The notes under the pieces are model-generated. The model was not told the DNA's origin, did not search any database, and was given only the letters and a program-made list of their open reading frames with translations. This document shows, piece after piece, positions 31,217 through 42,010 of a DNA stretch of 64,000 nt. The stretch's first letter is position 1. Every line of letters begins with the position of its first letter. Source of the DNA: Nitrosopumilus sp. Its GTDB lineage: Archaea; Thermoproteota; Nitrososphaeria; Nitrososphaerales; Nitrosopumilaceae. A program made the translations under genes and the position numbers. The stretch spans positions 144,870-208,869 of the forward strand of contig CBDFGF010000006.1 in NCBI GenBank assembly GCA_965247045.1, given 5' to 3'.

Positions 31217-32314
31217 ATGTTGCCGGGAAGTTCTATTGGTCAGCGTCTTGTTTTAACAAGTTTTGGTGAAAGTCATGGAAAAGCCATTGGTGCTGTATTA
31301 GATGGTTGTCCTGCAGGGTTAGAAATTGATGAAAAAGAAATTCAAAAGATGTTAAACCTAAGAAAACCAGGTCAAAATCTTATTTCAACTCAAAGAAAAG
31401 AAGGGGATGTTGTTGAAATCATCTCAGGAGTTTTTAGAGGACACACTACTGGCGCTCCAATTACAACGATGATTTGGAACAGTGATCAAAAGTCAAAAGA
31501 TTATGAGGCTTTGAAAACAAAGCTAAGACCAGGACATTCCGATTATCCTGCTATGATAAAGTATAATCATTATAATGATTACAGGGGGGGAGGAAGGTTT
31601 TCTGGAAGATTAACTGCAACACACGTTATGGGTGGAGCTATTGCAAGAAAATTACTTAAAGTAACATTAGGAATTGAAACAAACTCATACACATCACAAA
31701 TTGGAAAAGTAAAGATGGAAAGGGAATTTAATAAAAAAATGATTAATTCAATTTACAAAAATGAAGTGAGATGTCCTGAAAACAAAACTGCTAAAATGAT
31801 GAGAACAAGTATTTTGGATGCAAGAAAGAAAGGAGATTCTCTTGGTGGGATAATTGAATCAGTTACAACAAATGTTCCAGTTGGATTGGGAGAACCAATT
31901 TTTAGTTCATTAGAATCAGATTTGAGTAAAGCAATTTTTTCAATTCCATCTGTTAAAGGAATTGAATTTGGTTCTGGATTTAGAGGTTCAGAACTTCATG
32001 GTTCTGAAAACAATGACCTGTATACGGTTAAAAAAGGAAAGATAGTAACAACGACAAACAATTCTGGGGGAATTCTTGGAGGTATTTCAAATGGAATGCC
32101 AATTACTATGAGAATTGCTTTCAAGCCAGCATCATCAATTGCACAAAAACAAAGCACAGTAGATATTAAGACCAAAAAAATAACAACGCTTCAAGTTAAA
32201 GGAAGACATGACCCATGTGTTGTGCCTAGAGCACCACCTGTAGTAGACTCACTTGTAGCCTTAGCTTTAGCCGATCATGCGCTCCTTTCAGGAGCAATTA
32301 AGCCTATTTTGTAA
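31217..32314 (+). CDS. aroC: Chorismate synthase
   Basis: FGESHG, RPGHSD, GGGRFSGR, GRHDPC. Confidence 0.96.
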   Translation: MLPGSSIGQRLVLTSFGESHGKAIGAVLDGCPAGLEIDEKEIQKMLNLRKPGQNLISTQRKEGDVVEIISGVFRGHTTGAPITTMIWNSDQKSKDYEALKTKLRPGHSDYPAMIKYNHYNDYRGGGRFSGRLTATHVMGGAIARKLLKVTLGIETNSYTSQIGKVKMEREFNKKMINSIYKNEVRCPENKTAKMMRTSILDARKKGDSLGGIIESVTTNVPVGLGEPIFSSLESDLSKAIFSIPSVKGIEFGSGFRGSELHGSENNDLYTVKKGKIVTTTNNSGGILGGISNGMPITMRIAFKPASSIAQKQSTVDIKTKKITTLQVKGRHDPCVVPRAPPVVDSLVALALADHALLSGAIKPIL

Positions 32315-32318
32315 GAAA

Positions 32319-33689
32319 ATGTCTGATATCAACGAGCTTCGAAATAGGATGGACGAAGTTACTCTGGAAATGATAAAGCTACTAAAAACTAGAACAGAAA
32401 TTGCAAAAGAGATTGGAGAAGTCAAAAAGAATATGGGTAAGGGGGTTACTGATGAATTACGAGAAGATAATTTACGTGGAAAAGTAATCTCACTATGCAA
32501 AAATATAGGACTTGATGAAACAATTGCAACAAAATATTTGAATTTTCTCTTAAACGAATCAGTAAAGGTTCAATCAACTAATAAACAGACACACCTTTCT
32601 ATTTTTTTAAAAGCAAAATCACTTGAGCAACAAGGAAAGAAAATTATTCATATGGAAGTGGGGGAACCAGACTTTTCACCACCACCTATTGTTAAAAATG
32701 CATTAGAAGAAGTATTTGACAGAGGATTTCTAAAGTATGGTCAAGCAAAAGGGATGCCAGCATTTAGGGAAGCACTTGCAAAATATGTCTCTGATAAATT
32801 CAACACCAATGTTACACAAGATAATATTATAGTTAGTCCTGGTGCAAGATTTTCAATTTTCACTGCAATAACTACACTACTTAATCCAGGAGATGAGATG
32901 ATTATAATAGAGCCGGCATGGCCTGCATACAAAGACTGTGCACTAAATGCTGGAATCAAAGTTAGAACCATCAATACAACTCTAGAAGAAAAATGGGAAC
33001 CATCTTTGGAACAGATCGAAAATACAATTAATTCAAACACAAAAATGATTGTACTGAACTATCCAAACAATCCTACAGGAAAAATTCTTCCCGAAAAGTT
33101 ACAAGATGACATAATTGATCTGGCCAGAAAAAATAGTCTTTATGTGTTGAGCGATGAGATTTATTCACAATATGCAAAAAGTAGTTGGAAAAGCATTCTA
33201 AGATACAGTTATGAAAAAAGCATTGTTACTCAATCATTCTCAAAATCCCATGCCATGACAGGATTCAGAATTGGATATGGTATAGCAGACACAGGAATTA
33301 TAGAAAAAATGGCAAAATTGGAGGCATTGTGCTTAACAAATGTATCAGAACCCATTCAATATGTAGCAATGAAAGCACTTGAAGCAGATACTTCCAATAA
33401 TACTAATACAGTTCAAAGCAGACTAGATGTGTTGATACAGAAAGCAAAAGAGGCGGAATTAGATTTTGTTATTCCAGATGGAGCCATGTACCTTTTTGTA
33501 AGAGTTAACCAAGATAGATTTGACGGTGTTCAATTTGCTAACAGTACACTTGAGAAGGGTTTAGCAGTAGCACCAGGAGAAGGATTTGGAAATTACAAAA
33601 ATTTCATTAGGATTTCTGCATGTCAAGATGAGAAAACACTAATTGACGGAATGAATATACTGAGTGATATTATGAGTGAGAAACAATGA
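32319..33689 (+). CDS. Chorismate mutase (AroQ) - class I/II aminotransferase fusion
   Basis: N-terminal LRNRMDEV..R..IG..K..RE; GEPDF, NYPNNPTG, DEIY, SFSKSHAMTGFRIG. Confidence 0.9.
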   Translation: MSDINELRNRMDEVTLEMIKLLKTRTEIAKEIGEVKKNMGKGVTDELREDNLRGKVISLCKNIGLDETIATKYLNFLLNESVKVQSTNKQTHLSIFLKAKSLEQQGKKIIHMEVGEPDFSPPPIVKNALEEVFDRGFLKYGQAKGMPAFREALAKYVSDKFNTNVTQDNIIVSPGARFSIFTAITTLLNPGDEMIIIEPAWPAYKDCALNAGIKVRTINTTLEEKWEPSLEQIENTINSNTKMIVLNYPNNPTGKILPEKLQDDIIDLARKNSLYVLSDEIYSQYAKSSWKSILRYSYEKSIVTQSFSKSHAMTGFRIGYGIADTGIIEKMAKLEALCLTNVSEPIQYVAMKALEADTSNNTNTVQSRLDVLIQKAKEAELDFVIPDGAMYLFVRVNQDRFDGVQFANSTLEKGLAVAPGEGFGNYKNFIRISACQDEKTLIDGMNILSDIMSEKQ

Positions 33690-34540
33690 AGAAAAAATTC
33701 ACAGTTATTGGTGCTGGAGGTCAAATGGGACAATGGTTTATAAAATATTTTGCAAGCAAAAATTTTGAAGTAACAGGTTATGATTCAGAAAACAAATTTT
33801 CAGGAAAAGACATTATAGAAGCAGAGTCGTTAGTTGGAGCAATTCTAAAGGCAGATTACGTTGTTTTGTGTACTCCCACAAGAAGAACACCAGAGATTAT
33901 CAGGTTAATTGCAAAAGAAATGAAAAGAGGGACATACCTCATTGACATTTCATCTGAAAAATCTAAAGTGGCAGGATCATTATCAAAGATGCCATCTAAG
34001 ATTAATCCAATTTGTATTCATCCAATGTTTGGTCCAGGAATAAAAACGATCAAAGGTCAAAACATTATTTCAGTTCCAATCAAGGACGCGAAAAAAGAAT
34101 TATCTGTTACAAAATCATTATTTGAAGGAGCAAACTTTGTCACAATTGATGCAGTTGAACATGACAAAAAGATTGCAGTGATTTTAGGATTAACTCATAT
34201 AGTGAATCTCGTTTTTGCAAAAATTATCTCAAAAGATGAAAAGATGCACTTAACAGAAAAAATGTCTGGAACCACTTTTAGAGTGCAAAAGATATTATCA
34301 GAAAGCATAATGACAGAATCTCCAGAACTAATTGAAACCATTATTGCAAACCCGGAGATTCGAAAATTTGCGGAAGAACTTTGGAAGGATGTTGGAAGAT
34401 TACTTACTGCCATTCAAGAATCAAAGACAGAAGAGGTGATTAGTTATATCAAAGAGTGCCAAGAGAGACTCGCTAAGCATACTGACACCAATGAATCTTA
34501 CAAAAAACTGACAAAAATGGTTAAGGCCGTTGAAAAATAA
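33686..34540 (+). CDS. tyrA: Prephenate/arogenate dehydrogenase
   Basis: GAGGQMG, DISSEK, HPMFGP, EHD..A..LTH. Confidence 0.9.
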   Translation: MKKKFTVIGAGGQMGQWFIKYFASKNFEVTGYDSENKFSGKDIIEAESLVGAILKADYVVLCTPTRRTPEIIRLIAKEMKRGTYLIDISSEKSKVAGSLSKMPSKINPICIHPMFGPGIKTIKGQNIISVPIKDAKKELSVTKSLFEGANFVTIDAVEHDKKIAVILGLTHIVNLVFAKIISKDEKMHLTEKMSGTTFRVQKILSESIMTESPELIETIIANPEIRKFAEELWKDVGRLLTAIQESKTEEVISYIKECQERLAKHTDTNESYKKLTKMVKAVEK

Positions 34541-34545
34541 CGGAA

Positions 34546-34950
34546 ATGCGTTCAACTAAGATAGTTACATCTTTCATTAAGGATAATGAGAAATTATTGA
34601 TTTTAAAGCGAAGTGATAAAGTAAAATCAATGAAAGGATTATGGGCAGGAATTAGTGGAATTATAGAAAAAAATGAGGAGCCTCTAAAAAGGGCAAGAAT
34701 TGAGATTTTTGAAGAAGTTGGAATAACAGAAGACAAGATTACACTTGTTAGATCTACAGAAGAGATGAGAATTAATTCGCCTCAATATGAAAATCATGAG
34801 TGGAAGATATTTCCATTTTTGTTTGAAGCGAAAAATCCAATAATTAAACTTAATTGGGAAAATTCTGAATTTAAGTGGATAGATGTAGAAGAATTGGAAA
34901 ATTATGATACAGTTCCTAGTCTTCAAAAAGTATTATTCAATCTGTTGTAA
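34546..34950 (+). CDS. NUDIX hydrolase
   Basis: SGIIE..E...ARIEIFEEVG Nudix box. Confidence 0.9.
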   Translation: MRSTKIVTSFIKDNEKLLILKRSDKVKSMKGLWAGISGIIEKNEEPLKRARIEIFEEVGITEDKITLVRSTEEMRINSPQYENHEWKIFPFLFEAKNPIIKLNWENSEFKWIDVEELENYDTVPSLQKVLFNLL

Positions 34951-36261
34951 ATTTTGATTTTCTTTTTCATACTTTTTTTGCTGGGGTAACATCATATAGA
35001 CACAAGCACCACCACACATGGTACAAGGAACATTATTTCCAGGATGTTGTCCAGTTCGGCTATGAATTTTAGCTGCTTCCTCAGGATCGATGGATAATGC
35101 AAGTTGTTTTTCCCAATCCAAAGTACGTCTGGCTTCAGTCATTTCCATATCCCATTTAATTACTTTGTCACGAATTTTTACAAGATCACCTGCATGAGCT
35201 GCAATTCTATATGCAATCAATCCTGCTTTTACTTCTTCTACATTTGGTAAAGCTAGATGTTCAGAAGGAGTAAGATAACATAGAAGATCAACACCCTCAC
35301 TTGCGGATACTGCAGCCCCAATTGCACTTGCAATGTGATCATGGCCAGATGCAATATCAGTTACCAAAGGACCAAGAACATAGTATGGAACATCACCAAT
35401 TAGGGATTTTGCTAGTCTAACATTTGCTGCAACCTCATTTAGTGGAACATGTCCTGGACCTTCAACCATCACTTGAACATCCTGTTCATGTGCACGTTTT
35501 GTTAATTGAGATATATTGATCATTTCTTGAACTTGTAATTCGTCATGAGAATCCAAAATTGAGCCAGGTCTAAGGGCATCTCCGAGGCTAAATGTTACAT
35601 CATATTTTTTTGCAATTTCTATAAGATAGTCATAATGAGTCAAATATGGGTTTTCTTTATCATGTTTTAACATCCATGCTGCAGTAATTGTTCCTCCTTT
35701 GCTTACAACACCACCATATCTTTGAACTTTCAGAATTCTTTTTGCAATATCTTTTGTAATCCCACAATGAATTGTTGTATAATCAACTCCATCTTTTGCA
35801 TTGTTTTCAAATGCATTTAGATAATCATCTTCAGTTAGATTCAGAGGATTTTTGTGAACCTCAACACCATAATTATAGGCTTCATAAATTGGAACAGTCC
35901 CAAAAGTTATTGGGGCAACATCTAAAAGAGTCTGTCTTATTTTTTTAACATCACCACCATCACTAAGATCCATCATTGTATCTGCATGGTATTTCACTGC
36001 AATCTTTGCTTTTTCAATTTCTTCGTCCAAATTTACATTTAGAGTTGAGGTTCCAATGTTGACGTTTACTTTAGTTTTAAGGCCTTTGCCAATTCCAACA
36101 TTATGAATTTTTTGCGGTCTTGTATTATTACTTGGAATTATTATAGAACCACGTGCAATTTTTGGAATTAACCAATCAAGTGAAACATCTTCATCTTTTG
36201 CCACTTGCTTCATTTCATCAGTAGCAACACCACGTCGTGCAGCAGTCATCTGAGTTACCAT
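34933..36261 (-). CDS. thiC: Phosphomethylpyrimidine synthase
   Basis: KVNVNIG, MDLS, SLGDALRPG, EGPGH, CTMCGGAC. Confidence 0.96.
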   Translation of the reverse strand: MVTQMTAARRGVATDEMKQVAKDEDVSLDWLIPKIARGSIIIPSNNTRPQKIHNVGIGKGLKTKVNVNIGTSTLNVNLDEEIEKAKIAVKYHADTMMDLSDGGDVKKIRQTLLDVAPITFGTVPIYEAYNYGVEVHKNPLNLTEDDYLNAFENNAKDGVDYTTIHCGITKDIAKRILKVQRYGGVVSKGGTITAAWMLKHDKENPYLTHYDYLIEIAKKYDVTFSLGDALRPGSILDSHDELQVQEMINISQLTKRAHEQDVQVMVEGPGHVPLNEVAANVRLAKSLIGDVPYYVLGPLVTDIASGHDHIASAIGAAVSASEGVDLLCYLTPSEHLALPNVEEVKAGLIAYRIAAHAGDLVKIRDKVIKWDMEMTEARRTLDWEKQLALSIDPEEAAKIHSRTGQHPGNNVPCTMCGGACVYMMLPQQKKYEKENQNLQQIE

Positions 36262-36392
36262 ATAGTAATCTATGTGTTTACCTGATTTAAACAATCAAAA
36301 AAATTACAAAAACATTGATCGCTTATAATTTCTAATTGCTTTATTAAGAAAATTGATCGATCTTATATGTCAGAATTACCATAGTGTATGAT

Positions 36393-36491
36393 ATGAGATC
36401 TATCAGAGAATGCAAGCATTGTGGTAGAGAGTTTTATAGTATGAAAGATGAATTTTGCTCTTTTGATTGTGTTACTGAAGCATCAACATAA
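36393..36491 (+). CDS. 32-aa TRASH/MYM-like zinc-finger microprotein
   Basis: Manual translation MRSIRECKHCGREFYSMKDEFCSFDCVTEAST. Confidence 0.6.
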   Translation: MRSIRECKHCGREFYSMKDEFCSFDCVTEAST

Positions 36492-36525
36492 TAATCTAAA
36501 TTACTACTGAGAATAAGAAAATATT

Positions 36526-37824
36526 GTGAATTTACTTTCAATTGGAGGTTCTGATCCTTCATCAGGTGCAGGTATTCAAAGTGACATCAAAGCTTTTTCA
36601 TCATTCAATGCACACTGTTTAACTGTAATTACTGCAATTACTAGTCAAAATACTTCAAGCTTTGGCATGATTGAACCAGTATCACAAAAAATTCTAAAAA
36701 ATCAATTAGAATTTGTAATATCAGACTTTAAAATTGATGGGATAAAAATTGGAATGGTATACAATTCTCAAATCATCAAAATATTATGTCATCAATTAAA
36801 GAAATTAAAAGTTCCAATAGTTATTGACCCAGTGCTTAAATCAACTACAGAGGGTTCATTAATGAAAAGTTCAGCTATCAAAGATTTTCAAAAATTTATG
36901 ATTCCTCTTGCAACAGTAATTACACCAAATAAATTTGAGGCTGAAATTCTATCAAAAACCAAGATTAATGCAAAAAATACGCCTGAAAAAGTTGCAAAGG
37001 TAATTCAAAGAATGGGTGCAAAAAATATTGTAATTACAGGAATTGAAACAAAAAATAATCAGATATTAGATTTTGTGTTAGAGAAAAACAACAACTATTT
37101 TATTTCTGGAGAGAAAATTTCTAAAATTAATCATGGTAGCGGATGCAATTATTCTGCAGCCATAATTTTTGCACTTGCAAAAAATAAAAACATAAGAGAA
37201 TCAGTAAGATTTGCCAAACAATTTACATATAATTCAATAAAAAACGCAAAAAATTTAGGAAGAGGGGTTGCAATTACGTATATTCAAGAACATGATAAAA
37301 TCAATTCAGAGTTATCAGATGCAATTAACCAATTTGTAGAAATCAAAAATATCTACAAAAATATTCCAGAATGTCAAACAAATTTTGTATATTCCAAACA
37401 AAAACCTAAGTCAACAAAAGACATTCTAGGCATTTCTGGCAGAATTATCAAAGCTGGAAAACATGTTATGATCGCAGGTAATTTGACATACGGAGGTTCA
37501 AAACATGTTGCCACAGCATTGCTAATAATGAATAAGAAATACCCACACATTTGCTCTGCAATAAATCTAAAATATCAAAACGTAACCATATCAAAAATAA
37601 AAAAATCAAAATTAATAGTTTCGAGTTACGATAGAAGTCAAGAACCTAAAAATGTAAAATTAAAAAGTTCTTCCATAGAGTGGGGAATAAAAAGTGCAAT
37701 CAAAAACTCAAAGAAAGTACCTGATGTAGTTTTTCATAAAGGTGATTTTGGAAAAGAACCTATGATTATTGTTTTTGGGGAAACTCCAAATAATGTTTTA
37801 AAAAAAATTTTAAAAATTATTTAA
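36526..37824 (+). CDS. thiD: HMP/HMP-P kinase fused to ThiN thiamine-phosphate synthase (ThiDN)
   Basis: GSDPSSGAGIQSD, TPNKFEA, HGSGC; C-terminal PECQTN, GGSKHVA, FGKEPM. Confidence 0.93.
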   Translation: MNLLSIGGSDPSSGAGIQSDIKAFSSFNAHCLTVITAITSQNTSSFGMIEPVSQKILKNQLEFVISDFKIDGIKIGMVYNSQIIKILCHQLKKLKVPIVIDPVLKSTTEGSLMKSSAIKDFQKFMIPLATVITPNKFEAEILSKTKINAKNTPEKVAKVIQRMGAKNIVITGIETKNNQILDFVLEKNNNYFISGEKISKINHGSGCNYSAAIIFALAKNKNIRESVRFAKQFTYNSIKNAKNLGRGVAITYIQEHDKINSELSDAINQFVEIKNIYKNIPECQTNFVYSKQKPKSTKDILGISGRIIKAGKHVMIAGNLTYGGSKHVATALLIMNKKYPHICSAINLKYQNVTISKIKKSKLIVSSYDRSQEPKNVKLKSSSIEWGIKSAIKNSKKVPDVVFHKGDFGKEPMIIVFGETPNNVLKKILKII

Positions 37825-37882
37825 TATGGGTTCGGTCAAAATTCATCCTTGAACATAAATAGTCACAGATTAAACAGGATTT

Positions 37883-38584
37883 GTGAAAGCAGTTATTCTT
37901 GCTGGCGGATTAGGAACAAGACTTCAACCATATACAACATTTCTTCCAAAACCCATGTTGCCATTAGATGAAAAACCAATTTTGGAGCATCTGATTGACT
38001 GGACAAGGAAAAATGGTGTCAAGTCAATCGTTTTGTGTGTTAGTTATCTTAGAAAAACTATTGAAGATTATTTTGAAGAAGGTAAGAGATTTGGTGTTAA
38101 CATTGAATATGCAACTTCAAATAAACCACTAGCTACTGCAGGTCAGTTAAAAACTGCTGAAGACTTCATAGAAGATACTTTTGTTTGCATATATGGAGAT
38201 TCAATTTTTGATTTTAGTCTTAGGAATATGATAAAGCAACACATTAAGAAAAAGGCATTTGTCACAATAAGTCTAAATGAATACAAATCCAATTTACCTT
38301 ATGGTGTAATTGAGACTTCTAAAACTGGAAAGGTCTTAAGCTGGAATGAAAAGCCAGAGATTAAAGCTAATGTAAACATGGGATGTTATGTAATGGAACC
38401 TAAAGTTTTGGATCTTATTCCAAAAAATAAACCATATGGAATGGATGATGTCATAAAAAAAGCCATTAGTAGGAAAAAATTAGTAAGTAGTTTCATAACA
38501 AAGAAAGGATTTACAGATATTGGCAATAAATCATCTTATAAAAAAGCATATCAAGACTATCTTCAAAAATTTGGAAAGATCTGA
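37883..38584 (+). CDS. Sugar-phosphate nucleotidyltransferase
   Basis: ILAGGLGTRL..PKPM, EKP, DIG. Confidence 0.92.
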   Translation: MKAVILAGGLGTRLQPYTTFLPKPMLPLDEKPILEHLIDWTRKNGVKSIVLCVSYLRKTIEDYFEEGKRFGVNIEYATSNKPLATAGQLKTAEDFIEDTFVCIYGDSIFDFSLRNMIKQHIKKKAFVTISLNEYKSNLPYGVIETSKTGKVLSWNEKPEIKANVNMGCYVMEPKVLDLIPKNKPYGMDDVIKKAISRKKLVSSFITKKGFTDIGNKSSYKKAYQDYLQKFGKI

Positions 38585-38592
38585 AAATAACA

Positions 38593-39030
38593 ATGAATGA
38601 ACCAATCATTAGAGAATTAAGAAAAGAAGACCTATGGAATGGATTTCTAACAACACTTGATTCATTAAGACAAGCAAGTGATATTGAGCAAAATAAAGCT
38701 GAAGAAATTTTTGAGAAAATTAATTTAAACCCAGATCATGTAATAGTAGTTGCCGAATTAGATGGAAAAATAGTAGGAACCACAACACTTCTGATAGAGG
38801 TAAAATTCATTCACGCGGGAGGATTAGTTGGTCATATTGAAGATGTTGTGGTAGACAAGAACTTTCAAGGACAGAAAATTGGTGAAAAAATTATAAAATA
38901 TCTTCTTGAATTTGCAAAAAAGCGAGGATGTTACAAGACAATTTTGGATTGCACAGATGATGTAAAACCATTTTATGAAAAACTTGGGTTTAAGCATATT
39001 GCAAATGAATTAAGATTTGATTACATCTAG
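38593..39030 (+). CDS. GNAT acetyltransferase (glucosamine-6-P N-acetyltransferase-like)
   Basis: KFIH..GHIEDVVV..QGQKIG..CYKTILDC. Confidence 0.88.
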   Translation: MNEPIIRELRKEDLWNGFLTTLDSLRQASDIEQNKAEEIFEKINLNPDHVIVVAELDGKIVGTTTLLIEVKFIHAGGLVGHIEDVVVDKNFQGQKIGEKIIKYLLEFAKKRGCYKTILDCTDDVKPFYEKLGFKHIANELRFDYI

Positions 39031-39467
39031 AAGAATTGTTTTTTAGGGCGCTTCTTTTTCTGCTTCATTAAAGAAGTTCCAATAGCCATAACAGGAATAG
39101 ATAATGCCATAAACAAAATTGGCAAATACTTTACTGCATCTGTAATATAATTATCATCGATTTTATCTATCATAGAATAACAAACAAACATTCCCACTAA
39201 CATAATTATTCCACCTACAATAATCATTCCGCCAATTTGTTTTGAACCATATTGTTTTGACGTGATAAAGGCAACTCCAGTTAAAATTCCAGCTGGTGCA
39301 AAACCCATTGAAATAAACTGAAATATTTTTGCGTCTGCTTCAAATGATCTTAAAAATGCATCATCTTCAGGAATGTTAACCATAAAGTTGTAGGCTGTAA
39401 TCATTAACGCTGAAAACAGTACAAAAAAAACGACACTACCAATTGCAGACCATTTCTCAAGTCCCAT
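39027..39467 (-). CDS. 4-TM membrane protein
   Basis: Four hydrophobic segments, basic tail. Confidence 0.75.
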   Translation of the reverse strand: MGLEKWSAIGSVVFFVLFSALMITAYNFMVNIPEDDAFLRSFEADAKIFQFISMGFAPAGILTGVAFITSKQYGSKQIGGMIIVGGIIMLVGMFVCYSMIDKIDDNYITDAVKYLPILFMALSIPVMAIGTSLMKQKKKRPKKQFF

Positions 39468-39509
39468 AATTATAACAAATTTTAGTTGATAAATAAACCA
39501 TTCAAAAAA

Positions 39510-40526
39510 TCAGGTAATTCCAACTAGGTTAGCTAATTCTTTTCTGCATGCTGCGCCAAGTTTTTCTGCAGCTTGTTCAGGAGAGACGTCATTTAAGAAA
39601 ATTCCATATCCACGTTCTAATCCAGACCAAGGTTTAGTGATTGGGTAAATTTCAATATGCCAATGAATTTGTCTACTGTTTTTCTTTTCAGGAGAAAGAT
39701 GGAATACTAAATTATATGAAACATTTTTAATGGTTTTTGAAAGGCCGCCTAAAGTTGATCTTAGAATTAATGATAAATCATTGATTTCTTTTTGAGTAAT
39801 TTTTGAGAAACTAGTGGTATGTTTTTTGGGAGAAATCCAAAATTCGTATGGGTAAGAGGGAGACCATGGACAAAATGCAATAAATCCTTCTGTTTGAAGA
39901 ACCTGTCTTGGACCAGCAATCTCCTCATTTACGATCTGACACATTGGGCAAACACCTTTTTCATTTAGAATTTTGTGTGAGGCTTCTGCTTCCTCCTCAA
40001 TTATTGAAGGAATTGTAGAAAATGTTAGAACATGAAGGTGAGGGTGAGGATTTGTATTCCCAGCCAGTTCACCATGGTCACCATAAATTGAGACATAAGT
40101 TACCCCTTTTTGTGTATAAAGCCATCTCAATCTATCTTGAACAACAACAAGAACGTTTGACCATTGTTCAGGATCAATTGTTGCAAATGTGTCTTTTTTA
40201 TTTGGTGATGCAACTACAATGTAATGATAACCATATGCAGGTTCGCTATAGAAAGGTCTATCGCTGTAAGAGTTTTCAGTGTCTATTGAAACAATAGGGT
40301 TCTTACTTTCAAAAACTCTAATTGACCAATTCTTTACATATTCATCTTCATTGTCTTGAAGACGTTGTAACATTCCATCTTTTGCAACAAGAGATAAAAC
40401 AGAGGGATTTGTCATGGATTCGTTGCCAGGAGCATAAGGAAATTTGTTTGGATCAATAACTTTGTCATTTTTTTTTGCAACAATCATGAAACGCTCAGAA
40501 ACATATCCCTTGCGCATATCTCCCAT
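39510..40526 (-). CDS. galT: Galactose-1-phosphate uridylyltransferase-family (HIT) protein
   Basis: PGNE, AG..PHPH, CPMC, HWHIEIYP, GLERG. Confidence 0.82.
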   Translation of the reverse strand: MGDMRKGYVSERFMIVAKKNDKVIDPNKFPYAPGNESMTNPSVLSLVAKDGMLQRLQDNEDEYVKNWSIRVFESKNPIVSIDTENSYSDRPFYSEPAYGYHYIVVASPNKKDTFATIDPEQWSNVLVVVQDRLRWLYTQKGVTYVSIYGDHGELAGNTNPHPHLHVLTFSTIPSIIEEEAEASHKILNEKGVCPMCQIVNEEIAGPRQVLQTEGFIAFCPWSPSYPYEFWISPKKHTTSFSKITQKEINDLSLILRSTLGGLSKTIKNVSYNLVFHLSPEKKNSRQIHWHIEIYPITKPWSGLERGYGIFLNDVSPEQAAEKLGAACRKELANLVGIT

Positions 40527-40723
40527 AATTATTATTGGAAGTAAATGGATGTTAAAACGTTTACTAAGTGATGATTAAATTCCAAATAAAAAAAATTTGC
40601 AATGGAATTTTCACAAGGTTAGGAAAATCCTACGTTAATCAAAAATTCATATTTTATTTTGATCGCATGTTTTGATGCAAGCTTTAAAGGAAAGCATCAA
40701 ATCTTGAATGAACAGGGAATATT

Positions 40724-42010
40724 ATGGATAATTCTAATGTTCATATGATTTATGTTCTTTTAGATGGAGTTGGAGATCTTCCGCATCCAGATCTAGATGG
40801 AAAAACACCACTAGAGGCTGCAAATACGCCAACTTTAGACAAAATTGCCAGTAACGGGTCAATAGGAGAGGTAATTTCTGTTGGAAAAGGAATAGCACCT
40901 GAATCAGACATTGCTGTTTTCAACATGTTAGGATACAAATTCAATTATACAGATTATGTTGGCAGAGGAGTGATAGAAGGTATAGGAATTGGAATTAACT
41001 TTAAGGACGGAGATTTAGCACTAAGAGGAAATTATTCTACATTAAATGAGGAAGGAATAATCATAGATAGAAGAGCTGGAAGACAAATTGAGAAAGAAGA
41101 TGCAGAGGGAATAGCAAAAGAAATTGAAGAAAAGATCAAATTTTCACATCCTGAAACATCAGTTGTGGTTTCTCCAACAATTGGACATAGAGTGACTGTT
41201 AGAATTAGAGTAAAATCTAGAAAACTATCTGCAAAAATTACCAATACGGATCCAGCATATAGCAATATTGGCGGAATGGGAGTAGCAAAAGCTGTTGGAG
41301 ATTTCTTAAAAATTGAAAAATGTTTACCTCTAGAAGGAACTGAAGATTCTAAATTTACTGCAAATCTAGTAAATGAGTTTTCAGATCAAACAATCAATAT
41401 TTTAAAAGAGAGTAAAATTAACAAGAAACGGCAAGAACAAAACAAAAAGCAACTTAGTTGCATTTTACTTAGAGATGCAGGCAACAAATATCCAGATGTG
41501 GTTCCAATTAATGAAAAATACACTATGAAATTTTCATGCATAGTTGACATGCCAGTTGAGCTTGGAATTTCAGAAGTTCTCAAGATGAAAACATTTGAAG
41601 CTGGGGGATTAACAGATTATGAAGAAAAAGCAAGAGTAGCTGCAAAGGCAATGGAGACTCAAAATGCAATATATGTTCATCTCAAAGGACCAGATGAATT
41701 TGGTCACGATGGAGACGCAGTTGGTAAGATGAAAAACATAGAAGAAATTGATCAGAGATTCTTCAAAACTCTTGTTGAAAACATCGATTCAAGTAAAGTT
41801 GCAATCATCATTTCAGCTGATCATTCAACACCATGCATTAACAAAGGACATAGTGATGATCCTGTTCCAATTTTAGTTTCAGGTGATTTTATTAAAAACG
41901 ATGGAACAACAAGAATGACTGAAGAACAAGCTAAGAAAGGAAGTATTGGTTTGCTTCAAGGTGCAGAAGTGGTTTCAAAATCTCTAGAATTAATTAAATC
42001 TCAAAAATAG
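40724..42010 (+). CDS. apgM: Archaeal cofactor-independent phosphoglycerate mutase
   Basis: LDGVGD, TPLEAA, PESD, HLKGPDEFGHDG, ADHSTP, HSDDPVP. Confidence 0.93.
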   Translation: MDNSNVHMIYVLLDGVGDLPHPDLDGKTPLEAANTPTLDKIASNGSIGEVISVGKGIAPESDIAVFNMLGYKFNYTDYVGRGVIEGIGIGINFKDGDLALRGNYSTLNEEGIIIDRRAGRQIEKEDAEGIAKEIEEKIKFSHPETSVVVSPTIGHRVTVRIRVKSRKLSAKITNTDPAYSNIGGMGVAKAVGDFLKIEKCLPLEGTEDSKFTANLVNEFSDQTINILKESKINKKRQEQNKKQLSCILLRDAGNKYPDVVPINEKYTMKFSCIVDMPVELGISEVLKMKTFEAGGLTDYEEKARVAAKAMETQNAIYVHLKGPDEFGHDGDAVGKMKNIEEIDQRFFKTLVENIDSSKVAIIISADHSTPCINKGHSDDPVPILVSGDFIKNDGTTRMTEEQAKKGSIGLLQGAEVVSKSLELIKSQK

